A stretch of 64,000 nt of DNA from Haliotis rubra (lineage: Eukaryota): the NCBI RefSeq assembly GCF_003918875.1, contig NW_025767657.1, forward strand, positions 1,364,001 through 1,428,000, given 5' to 3'. Positions 1-11,260 of the stretch are shown piece after piece (the first letter of the stretch is position 1; each line of letters opens with the position of its first letter). Under the pieces are notes generated by a model, which ran no database searches, was not told where the DNA came from, and saw only the letters and a program-made list of their open reading frames with translations. The position numbers and the translations under genes were made by a program.

Positions 1-244
1 ACTGATACTAGGGTTATGATATTGCTTTATACAGCACTAAACCCACTCTCTGGACATCCTGCATACCACTAACTTTGATGTTGGTCCAATTTAACAAGGA
101 CTGTCATTTCAATGTTCACGGGTACAAGGAGACTAGACTGGCATTTTCACACAACATGCATGTTCTTGCTCATAATAAGCTTAGGCTGCGTATTTATTTC
201 TTATATTTGACTCTCATTGCAAAAATAACTTTGCATACTTTTTT

Positions 245-690
245 TGCCAAACTGAGAACACGAGCTTTACTTGTGTTATGTTTTTAAGTAAGTGGCTTTT
301 CAGCATACTGCAGTGTTGTTTTATTTTTGGTGTATGTTGCCAAACTGAGAACACGAGCTTTACTTGTGTTATGTTTTTAAGTAAGTGGCTTTTCAGCATA
401 CTGCAGTGTTGTTTTATTTTTGGTGTATGTTGCCAAACTGAGAACACGAGCTTTACTTGTGTTATGTTTTTAAGTAAGTGGCTTTTCAGCATACTGCAGT
501 GTTGTTTTATTGTTGGTGTATGTTGCCAAACTGAGAACACGAGCTTTACTTGTGTTATGTTTTTCAGCATACTGCAGTGTTGTTTTATTTTTGGTGTATG
601 TTGCCAAACTGAGAACTCGAGCTTTACTTGTGTTACGTTTTTAAGTAAGTGGCTTTTCAGCATACTGCAGTGTTGTTGTTTTTATTATTA
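245..690. repeat. 93-bp minisatellite (~5 units; ~3 units at 6757-7015, ~2 at 12590-12780)
   Basis: Unit TGCCAAACTGAGAACACGAGCTTTACTTGTGTT... starts at 245, 338, 431, ~524 and ~602. One shorter 78-bp variant is present. Confidence 0.95.
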
Positions 691-1553
691 TAAAACATTA
701 AAGGACAGTTGAAGGGGAAACTAAAGAACTGGAAGAAACTGAGAAGAAATTGATAGAAATCACTTTCAAAATTATTTTCTCAAGGCTTTCTCTGTTTCGC
801 ATCATACGTTGAATTTGTCCAAGCTGCAAGATTTTGGGGAGATAATAATCGAGATGTAATCGAGATGTAATCGACTTATGCGATCAACGGATTCAGTTTG
901 ATATTTTTAATGAATCTATTTTTTTCTTATGCAAAACTTTCTGTCTTGGTCAATTCTTTGCGTTTCTTGTCTACACTGATACAACAGCAGGTTAATAAAA
1001 GGTGGGTAGATATGATTTACAGGTAAACTTATTGATTAAAACTGTAGATAAACTTGTAATTCCTTTGACGAAAACGTTGTTACTGCAGTTTATGTCGAAC
1101 CTGTCTTGTCCAGTATTCATAGCAGAGCGCGACATTGCAGTATTTTTACAAATGGCACAAACAATTACTTAGAAGCGGAACCGCGACTTTCTTCACTGCT
1201 TTAGTGCCAAACTTGACACTGCTCAATCCCGCCAAAATTACTATCACAGTGATTGAAACCAAATACTCACCTTATTTTGATGACACCTGCCATTCTAAAG
1301 AAATCTCACACTGCACAAACACAATACTTTCCACATTATACTATGTCATTCGAAAACTTTAATATCAAATAGGGCATCATTTCTTTTCAGTATGGTGTTT
1401 CACGTAGCCACCAAATTCTGAACATGGGTCGGTCGGTCGGGAGAAAAAACATTTAATAAAGACAAAATTATCTGAATAATGTTCTTGGTTCTCATTTATT
1501 GTAATTCTTACTATAATTTCTCGCGTTCCTTGGACTTCGACTGATTGAAAGAT

Positions 1554-2456
1554 ATTTGATGTGACGGTTTGCCAATGTAGGGGATGGATATCTTGATGGG
1601 GGCTGAATCTGGTTTGGGTCTTTTGGTAGGAGGTGACAGGGTTGCAGCGATGGTTCTGTTGACTATTTGGGATGGAAAGTGGTTACGTTCTACGAAGACT
1701 TTCAGCCCCCATCAAGATATCCATCCCCTACATTGGCAAACCGTCACATCAAATCAGCCGTCTACTAAAACAACAAGCTGGCATAGACACCACCTTCTCC
1801 GCGTCCTCCAACCTTAACAACATTCTCCATGCCAATGGAATAAAACCCGCCACCGTAAAGAACAACAACCCAAAATGTGTCATCTACAAAATAAACTGTG
1901 ATTGTGGGCAGAGCTTCATAGGCAAAACTTCCCGACCCATCAACACCCGAGTGAAAGAACATCAGACCTCTGTTACCAATTCCGACAGCAAATCAGCCAT
2001 TTCCGACCACATCAAAGCAAGCCCCAATCATCAAATAGAGTGGTCTCACCATTCTCTCCAACAAACAAACAGACTTCACTAAACGCAAGCTCACCGAAGC
2101 CATCCACATCAAACGCCATAAGTCAACCCTCAACAGAGACCAAGGATACTTCATTCCATCCGCTTATGATGCACTCATCCGCCAAGCCCAATCTACTGTA
2201 TAAACTCTGCTGTATAAACATCTCATAATTATTTGTACATCATTGGCTTCCACGCCTGTCCTTTGTTTACTCTCTGGCTTCATCAGCTTTCTGCCTAGCC
2301 AATTATGTTGTTTTCTTTGTTACATTGTTACATCCAGTATATATACACTTCCCCCTTCCTATCCCATTATGCTTGACAACGGTACAAGAATCTGTATCGA
2401 AACGTCGCACTCACGAATAAAAAGAAGTTGTTATCCATAAAGTTTGTTCTATATTG
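1554..2456 (+). mobile_element. 5'-truncated Penelope-like retroelement (GIY-YIG endonuclease end + pLTR) with inverted 5' segment
   Basis: ORF 1672-2082 has ISIPYIG...CVIYKINCDCGQSFIGKTSRPINTRVKEH...SAISDH, then EAIHIKRHKSTLNRDQG in a shifted frame. 1554-1700 is the reverse complement of the upstream part of the same ORF. Absent from copy 2 of the array. Confidence 0.92.
2372..2408 (+). ncRNA. Variant minimal hammerhead-ribozyme-like motif in the Penelope pLTR
   Basis: CTTGACAAC-GGTACA agaatc TGTATC-GAAACG: a stem flanked by a degenerate CUGANGA core and GAAAC, followed by AATAAA at 2416. Penelope pLTRs are known to carry hammerheads. Confidence 0.55.
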
Positions 2457-2651
2457 TAGATTTGGGGTTGTTTTGTTCAACCGTATTAATCATTTCACTA
2501 ATTTTGTCCCCAATCATCCCAAATTGTTCGTTAAAAACTTAAATTTACTTATTACAAATATTTATTTTCATATTATAGCTATGTTAATCAATACCATTAT
2601 TAATTGAACACACTCGGGTTGTGAGTAGAACTTAATCATATTCCCATTAAC

Positions 2652-3500
2652 TTGTTGAACCAGTTTACCGACTGGAGAGAATATGATATTCTGCTTTCAC
2701 TGCTTACTGTACTCAATGATGAAACAAAGTATTTGTCTGAAGAAGGTCTACAAATTACGTGTAAGAATATGTTTGCAGATCAGCTAAAGGTGACAGATGA
2801 GAAGACTACAGCACTGGAGAAGGCAACAATTGTCAGAATACATCGTCAGTATGGTTTTAGTATTGAGTCGGACGTTTCACAGCCTCCTGATTTGGTGGTA
2901 TCTTTCATTATCAATGTAAACCTGATCAGATTTCGTTATTGGAAAAGAAAATGCCGTATGACCAGACTACTGACAGCGAGAGGAATTGCCGAACTGGGGT
3001 ATCAGTTTTTTTGTGAATGGGGTCCAAGCACGAGAAAGATGTCCTTAAAGAGTTCCCGTGCCTTATGATGTCACCTCATACCAACCTTGCCTTAAGCAGT
3101 TCACGTTTAGTAGTTTCTCACTTTTCGAAACTCCCTTCCCTAAGATAGTCGTAAGTACCATACATTAACATTAACTTACGACTATCTTGGCGCAAAGAGA
3201 GCTTGGAAAACCTAGGCCCTGATTCTTATGTTTCATGTGATTGCTGTGGGTGAGGACTAATTGAAGTGAAATGTCTCTTTAAAACATAAAGATCAACAGC
3301 CACGCAAGTTAGCAGACCAACAGTTCTTCCTCAATCCCCACACCGTGTCAAACCCCCTCTGTAGCAATGCTCTTAAGCTTTCTCACAATCACTGCTATCA
3401 AATCCAAAGATAGCTACATGTTAAAAATCTGAATTTTGTGACTGTGGTGCGGTATATTAAAGGTTTCCATGTAGAACGTTTATTATGTGGTGCAGACATT
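2652..3500 (+). pseudogene. Decayed YqaJ (lambda-exonuclease-like) gene, ISL2EU/Kolobok-type transposon accessory ORF, copy 1
   Basis: Across frameshifts: LEKATIxQNTSSVWF*Y*VGRFTAS (~2812-2890; YqaJ T-x-GQ...W...GR-x-TAS), DSYVSCDCCG-EGLIEVKCLFK (3221-3283), HCYQIQ, and GFHVER. A MITE end interrupts it at ~3040-3219. Confidence 0.8.
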
Positions 3501-5424
3501 AGGCAGTGTTTATCGGGCGGAACCAACGAACCGCGCCGAGGTCTGGAGGAGGAAGAGAGAGAGGTGGAGGTGCGACAGGAGTGTCCTACTCGAAGTAGGC
3601 AGAGGAGCCATGGAGAGCGTGTGGTGGTCCGGCCCACTGTGGAGGGGATTCCGGTGCAGGTTGTCATCCAGCACCGGAGGAGATCGCCGCCATGCCGGAG
3701 GAGAGAGGTGGAATACCAGCTGTCACCACCGCCACAACCGAAGAGGCCAAGTTCGACGGTGACAAGACCAGACCTTCCTCAGGGAGGGCCCTGGGGGCCT
3801 AAAAGGACAAGAAAGCAGGAAGAGAGATACCCCGTGGTGTGGGACCACTTGGGGGGGCCGGAAGGGGCCGGTTCCTGGAGCAGACCAAAGACAGGAGGGG
3901 TCCTCATCCAAGACAAAGGGGGGTCTTGGAGTCGACACCCTCGGTGGTGTCGAGGGGAGAGCCCAGGAGTTGGAGGGGTCGAGGATCCCGTTGTCCCGTA
4001 GAGGGATGTGGGACAGTAACCCATAAGCTGCAGGACCATGCCTTTTTTGCGCACCTCCCGCGTTATTTTCGGGCCCGGTTTCCCCAAGAGAACCCTCCCG
4101 AACGAGAGGTGATAGACAGGATAGTGACGGCCCTACGACAGCTGGCGTCATTGGTTCTGGGTCCGGGCGCAACCCTAGAGGGACTACATGAATTCTGCAA
4201 CCGCAACATTCAGTTGTCCCCTGACTGCACGCTACAGGAAAACTCGATAGCCGGACTGAGACACTTGTGCACGGCTCAGGGATGGCGCATTCCAACAAAG
4301 TTCAGCCTGCGGCCCTTCAATTCTCCCGCGTGTCTGAAACAGTGGAGGGTGCTGCTTCATCTCCTTAATTTCGTGCCCCAGGACAAGAGGAGGGAGTTCC
4401 GCCTGCCTCTGGTGTCAGCGCCCCAGCATACTCGCTGGACTGCTCAGGTCCAGGCCCCCCAGGATTGGGACCAAGAACTGATGGACGTTGAACCAGCTGA
4501 GGCCATGTGGCTGCCGGAGGGGGAAGGGTCAGGGAAGTAGAGACATCGTGGGGAGAGGAGCTTGCGTCTGGGGGGTCGGCAGAAGAAGGCATGCTCCAGG
4601 GTCCAGGGGGTCTCGAACATTTGTTCGATGCCCACTTCCACCTGGATAGGGCATGGGCGGGCACGTTTGGGAAAACGACCAAGGGAACCACTCCTGAACT
4701 GTTGGCAGCAGCCCCAGAGGTGGATCACCCATTTGGAGAGCTGCCCGTCTGGGATTAGAAATATATTGTGATCCCCCTACGTATCCTCAGCAGATCAGCG
4801 ATGACCCCAGATATATCACAGCAGTGGGGATCCAGCCGAAAAAGATTGCCAGTTTAACGGACAAAGTGTTTCGCCAGCTTCTGGGATTTTGGCAAAACGC
4901 CCGATGTCTAGTGGGGGAGGTCGGGTTAGACCACTCGGTCCCTGCGTGGGAATGGAAAGCCCAGGAATCCGCCCTGAAAGAACTGCTACCACATGTCCCA
5001 GCCAAGCGGGTGGTAATTATGCATGTACGGGGACCTGCTGGAGATGAGGAGGCGGGGGCAACCCACGCCCAGGCGATCCAGATCTTGAGGGGAATTCTGC
5101 CTTCAGAGCAACCGTACACGTGCACTGTTTCGCTTGGGGCGGGAGGAGAGGCGGTGCAGAATGCCTGAATGCGTTTCCCCAGGCCTACTTTGGCTTCACT
5201 GGCCGGGTGCGGGATTCACGCCAGACCAGGTGGCGGTCTGAGAGTGGTACCGGCGACCGGCTGTTGTTGGAGACGGATTCCCGTACATGCCGCCAAAAGG
5301 GTACGGTCAACTCCCCAGCACTGCTGTGCCTGATTGAGGACATGGTAGCTGGGAAAAGGGGATGATTACAGAGGAGCTGCTTGCGGTCAATACCGCGAAC
5401 GCAGCTCGGTTGTTCGCTCTGTAG
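3500..5424 (+). pseudogene. GC-rich intronless ZnF + TatD-family DNase gene, copy 1 (multiple frameshifts)
   Basis: CPVEGC...H...H, then FDAHFHLD, VGEVGLDH, IMHVRG, HCF and LLLETDS in shifting frames. Stop TAG at 5422-5424. The start is undefined. Confidence 0.9.
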
Positions 5425-5573
5425 AGGTGCAGGGAGCCCACCCCACAGGGGAGTGGGGTAGGTAGAAGAGTGACAAGGGATGAGAGGTTTCACCCTAAGG
5501 AGGGGGTGAAGGGGGAAAATCAAGTTTGAAGAACTATGGGTTCCTCCCCATGGAGAAGGTAGGACAGGGGACA

Positions 5574-6192
5574 TGTGAAGAGCTGTGTGCCATATTCTAT
5601 TGGAGGTGGAGCCCGGGTATGTTGTGCAAGGGACAGTTGGTCCCACCCTAACGGTGGGGTGGGTTGGGGTTAAGGATATTACGAACTGTTGGTTCCACCC
5701 AAAAGGGCGGGTGTGATTCAGACGAAAGAGCAGGGGATCACCCGCTCATGTGAACAAAATGATAAAGGGACGGACTCTTGAACCTGGGTGAACAGGAAGT
5801 GATTTCTCCGGGTTGACATTCATAAGGAGACCCCTCAGAGAAAAAGTTAACAAGAGGGGTGTGATGGCGTTCGTTCCGCGGGAAGGAGCCTATAAAACAG
5901 GGAGGGATGTGGTGATCGGAGCTGTCAACCGGAAGTTGGGGGACCCGACGGAAAGAGCCGGAGACAGCCGATCGCCACAGCGAGTTCGTGGAAGCCATCT
6001 TGTGAGTATAACATTGCCTGATTCAGGGGTCTACATAAAACCGTAGATTTGGGCCTAAATACTTACAAGGTGCGAGCTGCGATTAACTCCACGGTGATAT
6101 AATAACGTGGTGAAGCCTGTGATCACTAATACATTTTACGAGAACATTCGTGTGACGTCACCTATATTCGTGAGTCCGTTCCAGGAACTACA
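5574..6192 (+). promoter_or_regulatory. LTR-like segment after TatD: purine tract, TG...CA ends, TATA box, splice donor (copy 2: 11410-12028)
   Basis: GGAGAAGGTAGGACAGGGGACA precedes TGTGAAG at 5574. CCTATAAAA at 5889-5897, ETS-like ACCGGAAGT at ~5928, GCCATCTT|GTGAGT donor at 6002, end GGAACTACA at 6192. No second LTR of the same element or TSD was found, and boundaries are tentative. Confidence 0.5.
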
Positions 6193-6258
6193 TAGTGTAG
6201 CATAATGGCTTAAATATGATATTGCATAGGGCATCTTGGTGCATTGTATATTATTATA

Positions 6259-7429
6259 TCTATATAAAATCTAAAACTCCGCCGACAGTATGGATCCGAG
6301 AGGCGAAAGGCTACTTCCGGCATAACGTCATAGTATTGCCAGTTCCCGGTGGTTGGTGAGAGAGAAAAGTTGGGCGTTTGCGAGAGGGACTGAAACCGGG
6401 ATCAGTAGCTGTTTGCAAAGTAGAGGGAAGCGGGTATTGTATAGTTTCAAACTGAAGGTCCAGCATTATTATATCCATTTGTTTTCATACGAAGGGATTA
6501 TTTCGACTGATACTAGGGTTATGATATTGCTTTATACAGCGCTAAACCCACTCTCTGGACATCCTGCATACCACTTACTTTGATGTTGGTCCAATTTAAC
6601 AAGGACTGTGTCATTTCAATGTTCACGGGTACAAGGAGACTAGACTGGCATTTTCACACAACATGCATGTTCTTGCTCATAATAAGCTTAGGCTGCGTAT
6701 TTATTTCTTATATTTGACTCTCATTGCAAAAATAACTTTGCATACTTTCATTTTTTTGCCAAACTGAGAACACGAGCTTTACTTGTGTTATGTTTTTAAG
6801 TAAGTGGCTTTTCAGCATACTGCAGTGTTGTTTTATTTTTGGTGTATGTTGCCAAACTGAGAACACGAGCTTTACTTGTGTTATGTTTTTCAGCATACTG
6901 CAGTGTTGTTTTATTTTTGGTGTATGTTGCCAAACTGAGAACTCGAGCTTTACTTGTGTTACGTTTTTAAGTAAGTGGCTTCTCAGCATACTGCAGTGTT
7001 GTTGTTTTTATTATTATAAAACATTAAAGGACAGTTGAAGGGGAAACTAAAGAACTGGAAGAAACTGAGAAGAAATTGATAGAAATCACTTTCAAAATTA
7101 TTTTCTCAAGGCTTTCTCTGTTTCGCATCATACGTTGAATTTGTCCAAGCTGCAAGATTTGGGAGAGATAATAATCGAGATGTAATCGACTTATGCGATC
7201 AACGGTTTCAGTTTGATATTTTTAAGGAATCTATTTTTTTCTTATGCAAAACGTTCTGTCTTGGTCAATTCTTTGCGTTTCTTGTCTACACTGATACAAC
7301 AGCAGGTTAATAAAAGACGGGTAGATATGATTTACAGGTAAACTTATTGATTAAAACTGTAGATAAACTTGTAATTCCTTTGACGAAATGGTTGTTACTG
7401 CAGTTTATGTCGAAACCTGTCTTGTCCAG
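6259..7429 (+). mobile_element. Putative non-autonomous Helitron carrying the 93-bp minisatellite (also <1-1113 and 12095-13143)
   Basis: 5' A|TCTATATAAAATCT and 3' GTCTTGTCCAG|T (CTAG-like), inserted at AT with no TSD, internal tandem repeats. No convincing subterminal hairpin. Confidence 0.4.
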
Positions 7430-7663
7430 TATTCATAGCAGAGAGCGACATTTGCAGTATTTTTACAAATGGCGCACCTAGAAGCTTCAGCTTTAGTGCC
7501 AAACTTGACACTGCTCAATCCCCCCAAAATGACTATCACAGTGATTGAAACCAAATACTCACCTTATTTTGATGACACCTGCCATTCTAAAGAAATCTCA
7601 CACTGCACAAACCCAATACTTTCCACATTCTACTATGTCATTCTAAACATCTTTAATATCAAA

Positions 7664-8001
7664 TAGGGCATCATTTCTTTTCAGTATGGTGTTTCACGTA
7701 GCCACCAAATTCTGAACATGGGTCGGTCGGTCGGGAGAAAAAACAATTAATAAAGACAAAATTATCTGAATAATGTTCTTGGTTCTCATTTATTGTAATT
7801 CTTACTATAATTTCTCGCGTTCTTTGGACTTCGACTGATTGAAAGATAAACATTTTATATTATGACGAGGCGGTACGTTTTAGGTTCGAGTCAGCTGTGA
7901 ACATTGGAATGAAAAAAAACCCCAGTTTTGGGAGGGTCGGCAATACAATTAGAAGGGTCGCTCGGGCGATGAGAAACAAAAAAATAGAAATGCTACCCAA
8001 A
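7664..8001. mobile_element. MITE within the array unit (truncated by Penelope in copy 1, 1370-1554; related fragment at 50321-50492)
   Basis: Imperfect termini TAGGGCATCATTTC / GAAATGCTACCCAA. A clearly homologous dispersed copy lies at 50321. Confidence 0.6.
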
Positions 8002-8035
8002 TTGTATACTAGTATGTCAAACTTCTTTTCAGACA

Positions 8036-9260
8036 TGGAGAAGTGTGTTTTCATGTTGCTAGAATTTTGTTCAAAATAGAGGCCTGTGTTCCGTCTTGAA
8101 TTCAATAAAGTTGCTCGCACATCAATGCCCTGTGCATGGAATCAGAACTTCACTTAAAAGTTAATTAACTATATAGTAATTGGAACTGAACTAGATTTTG
8201 TGTTGTTTTGTTCAACTGTATTTATCATTTCACCAGTTTTGTCCCCAATCATCCCAAATTGTTCGTTAAAAACTTAAATTTACTTTATTACAAATATTTA
8301 TTTTCATATTATAGCTATGTGAATCAATACCATTATTAATTGAACACACTCGGGTTGTGAGTAGAACTTAATCATATTCCCATTAACTTGTTGAACCAGT
8401 TTACCGACTGGATAGAATATGATATTCTGCTTTCACTGCTCACTGTACTCAATGATGAAACAAAGTATTTGTCTCAAGAAGGTCTACAAATTACGTGTAA
8501 GAATATGTTTGCAGATCAGCTAAAGGTGACAGCTGAGAAGACTACAGCACTGGAGAAGGCAACAATTGTCAGAATACATCGTCAGTATGGTTTTAGTATT
8601 GAGTGGGACGTTTCACAGCCTCCTGATTTGGTGGTATCTTTCATTATCAATGTAAACCTGATCAGATTTCGTTATTGGAAAAGATAATGCCGTATGACCA
8701 GACTACTGACAGCGAAAGGAATTGCCGAACTGGGGAAACAAAATTGCCGAACTGGGGTATCAGTTTTTTTTGTGAATGGGGTCCAAGCACGAGAAAGATG
8801 TCCTTAAAGAGTTCCCGTGCCTTATGATGTCACCTCATACCAACCTTGCCTTAAGCAGTTCACGTTTAGTAGTTTCTCACTTTTCGAAGCTCCCTTCCCT
8901 AAGATAGTCGTAAGTACCATACATTAACATTAACTTACGACTATCTTGGCGCAAAGAGAGCTTGGAAAACCTAGGCCCTGATTCTTATGTTTCATGTGAT
9001 TGCTGTGGGCGAGGACTAATTGAAGGGAAATGTCTCTTTAAAACATAAAGATCAACAGCCACGCAAGTTAGCAGACCAACAGTTCTTCCTCAATCCCCAC
9101 ACCGTGTCAAACCCCCTCTGTAGCAATGCTCTTAAGCTTTCTCACAATCACTGCTATCAAATCCAAAGATAGCTACATGTTAAAAATCTGAATTTTGTGA
9201 CTGTGGTGCGGTATATTAAAGGTTTCCATGTAGAACGTATATTACGTGGTGCAGACATTA
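8036..9260 (+). pseudogene. Decayed SWIM + YqaJ gene, copy 2
   Basis: GEVCFHVARILFKIEACV...ARTSMPCAWNQ (SWIM C-terminal part, 8036-8150), followed by the same YqaJ motifs as copy 1. Confidence 0.8.
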
Positions 9261-11260
9261 GGCAGTGTTTATCGGGCGGAACCAACGAACCGCGCCGAGG
9301 TCTGGAGGAGGAAGAGAGAGAGGTGGAGGTGCGACAGGAGCGTCCTACTCGAAGTAGGCAGAGGAGCCATGGAGAGCAGGTGGTGGTCCGGCCCACTGTG
9401 GAGGGGATGCCGGTGCAGGTTGTCATCCAGCGCCGGAGGAGATCGCCGCCATGCCGGAGGAGAGAGGTGGAATACCAGCTGTCACCACCGCCACAACCGA
9501 AGAGGCCAAGTTCGACGGTGACAAGACCAGACCTTCCTCAGGGAGGGCCCTGGGGGCCTAAAAGGACAAGAAAGGAGGAAGAGAGATACCCCGTGGTGTG
9601 GGACCACTTGGGGCGACCAGGGGCCGGAAGGGGACGGTTCCTGGAGCAGACCAAAGACAGGAGGGGTCCCCATCCAAGACCAAGGGGGGTCTTGGAGTCG
9701 ACACCCTCGGTGGTGTCGAGGGGAGAGCCCAGGAGGTGGAGGGGTCGAGGATCCCGTTGTCCCGTAGAGGGATGTGGGACAGTAACCCATAAGCTGCAGG
9801 ACCATGCCTTTTTTGCGCACCTCCCGCGTTATTTTCGGGCTCGGTTTCCCCAGGAGAACCCTCCCGAACGAGAGGTGATAGACAGGATAGTGACGGCCCT
9901 ACGACAGCTGGCGTCATGGGTTCTGGGTCCGGGCGCAACCCTGGAGGGACTACATGAATTCTGCAACCGCAACATTCAGTTGTCCCCTGACTGCATGCTA
10001 CAGGAAAACTCGATAGCCGGACTGAGACACTTGTGCACGGCTCAGGGATGGCGCATTCCAACAAAGTTCAGCCTGCGGCCCTTGAATTCTCCGGCGTGTC
10101 TGAAACAGTGGAGGGTGCTGCTTCATCTCCTTAATTTCGTGCCCCAGGACAAGAGGAGGGAGTTCCGCCTGTTTCTGGTGTCAGCGCCCCAGCATACTCG
10201 CTGGACTGCTGAGGTCCAGGCCCCCCAGGATTGGGACCGAGAACTGATGGACGTTGAACCAGCTGAGGCCATGTGGCTGCCGGAGGACGAAGAGGTCCGG
10301 GTCAGGGAAGAGGATGAGTCCGCGGACATGGTGGCTGCTGGAGAAAGCCAAGAGGTGTGTGGGGAAGTAGAGACATCGTGGGGAGAGGAGCTTGCGTCTG
10401 GGGGGTCGGCAGAAGAAGGCATGCTCCAGGGTCCAGGGGGTCTCGAACATTTGTTCGATGCCCACTTCCACCTGGATAGGACATGGGCGGGCACGTTTGG
10501 GAAAACGACCCAGGGAACCACTCCTGAACTGTTGGCAGCCGCCCCAGAGGTGAATCACCCATTTGGAGAGCTGCCCGTCTGGGGGTAGAAATATATTGTG
10601 ATCCCCCTACGTATCCTCAGCAGATCAGCGATGACCCCAGATATATCACAGCAGTCGGGATCCAGCCGAAAAAGATTGCCAGTTTAACGGACAAAGTGTT
10701 TCGCCAGCTTCTGGGATTTTGGAAAAACGCCCGATGCCTAGTGGGGGGAGGTCGGGTTAGACCACTCGGTCCCTGCGTGGGAATGGAAAGCCCAGGAATC
10801 CGCCCTGAAAGAACTGCTACCACATGTCCCAGCCGAGCGGGTGGTAATTATGCACGTACGGGGACCCGCTGGAGATGAGGAGGCAGGGGCAACCCACGCC
10901 CAGGCGATCCAGATCTTGAGGGGAATTCTGCCTTCAGAGCAACCGGTACACGTGCACTGTTTCGCGGGCGGGGAGGAGACGGTGCAAGAATGGCTGAATG
11001 CGTTTCCCCAGGCCTACTTTGGCTTCACTGGCCGGGTGCCGGGATTCACGCCAGACCAGGTGGCCGGTCTGAGAGTGGTACCGGGTGACCGGCTGTTGTT
11101 GGAGACGGATTCCCCGTACATGCCGCCAAAAGGGTACCGGGTCAACTCCCCAGCACTGCTGTGCCTGATTGAGGACATGGTAGCTGGGAAAAGGGGGATG
11201 ATTACGGAGGAGCTGCTTGCGGTCACAACCGCGAACCCAGCTCGGTTGTTTGCTCTGTAG
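9260..11260 (+). pseudogene. ZnF + TatD-family DNase gene, copy 2 (nearly intact; two compensating 1-nt shifts at G runs)
   Basis: ORF 9197-10588 ends ...LFDAHFHLDR...VWG*. The -1 frame reads GVEIYCDPPTYP...AVGIQPK. After an extra G at ~10748 it reads EVGLDH...MHVRG...VHCFAG...YFGFTG...LLLETDSPY...NPARLFAL* (11260). All canonical TatD metal ligands are present. Confidence 0.93.

Noticed and set aside
214-712. Repetitive ORFs on both strands (also 6708-7038) and a CRISPR-like periodicity
   Set aside because: They arise from a 93-bp minisatellite whose length is a multiple of 3. There are no unique spacers and no cas genes.
3398-5998. Many antisense and alternative-frame ORFs over the TatD island (and 9157-11882)
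   Set aside because: Expected from stop-poor GC-rich sequence; no recognisable motifs.
3500-6192. Bacterial contamination as the source of the GC-rich TatD island
   Set aside because: It is embedded in eukaryotic repeats with the same junctions in both units, has a TATA box and splice donor, and shows no operon context. Ancient horizontal origin is not excluded.
9197-9260. GTG start of the 463-aa ORF
   Set aside because: Non-ATG start lying within the YqaJ relic; not a credible eukaryotic start.
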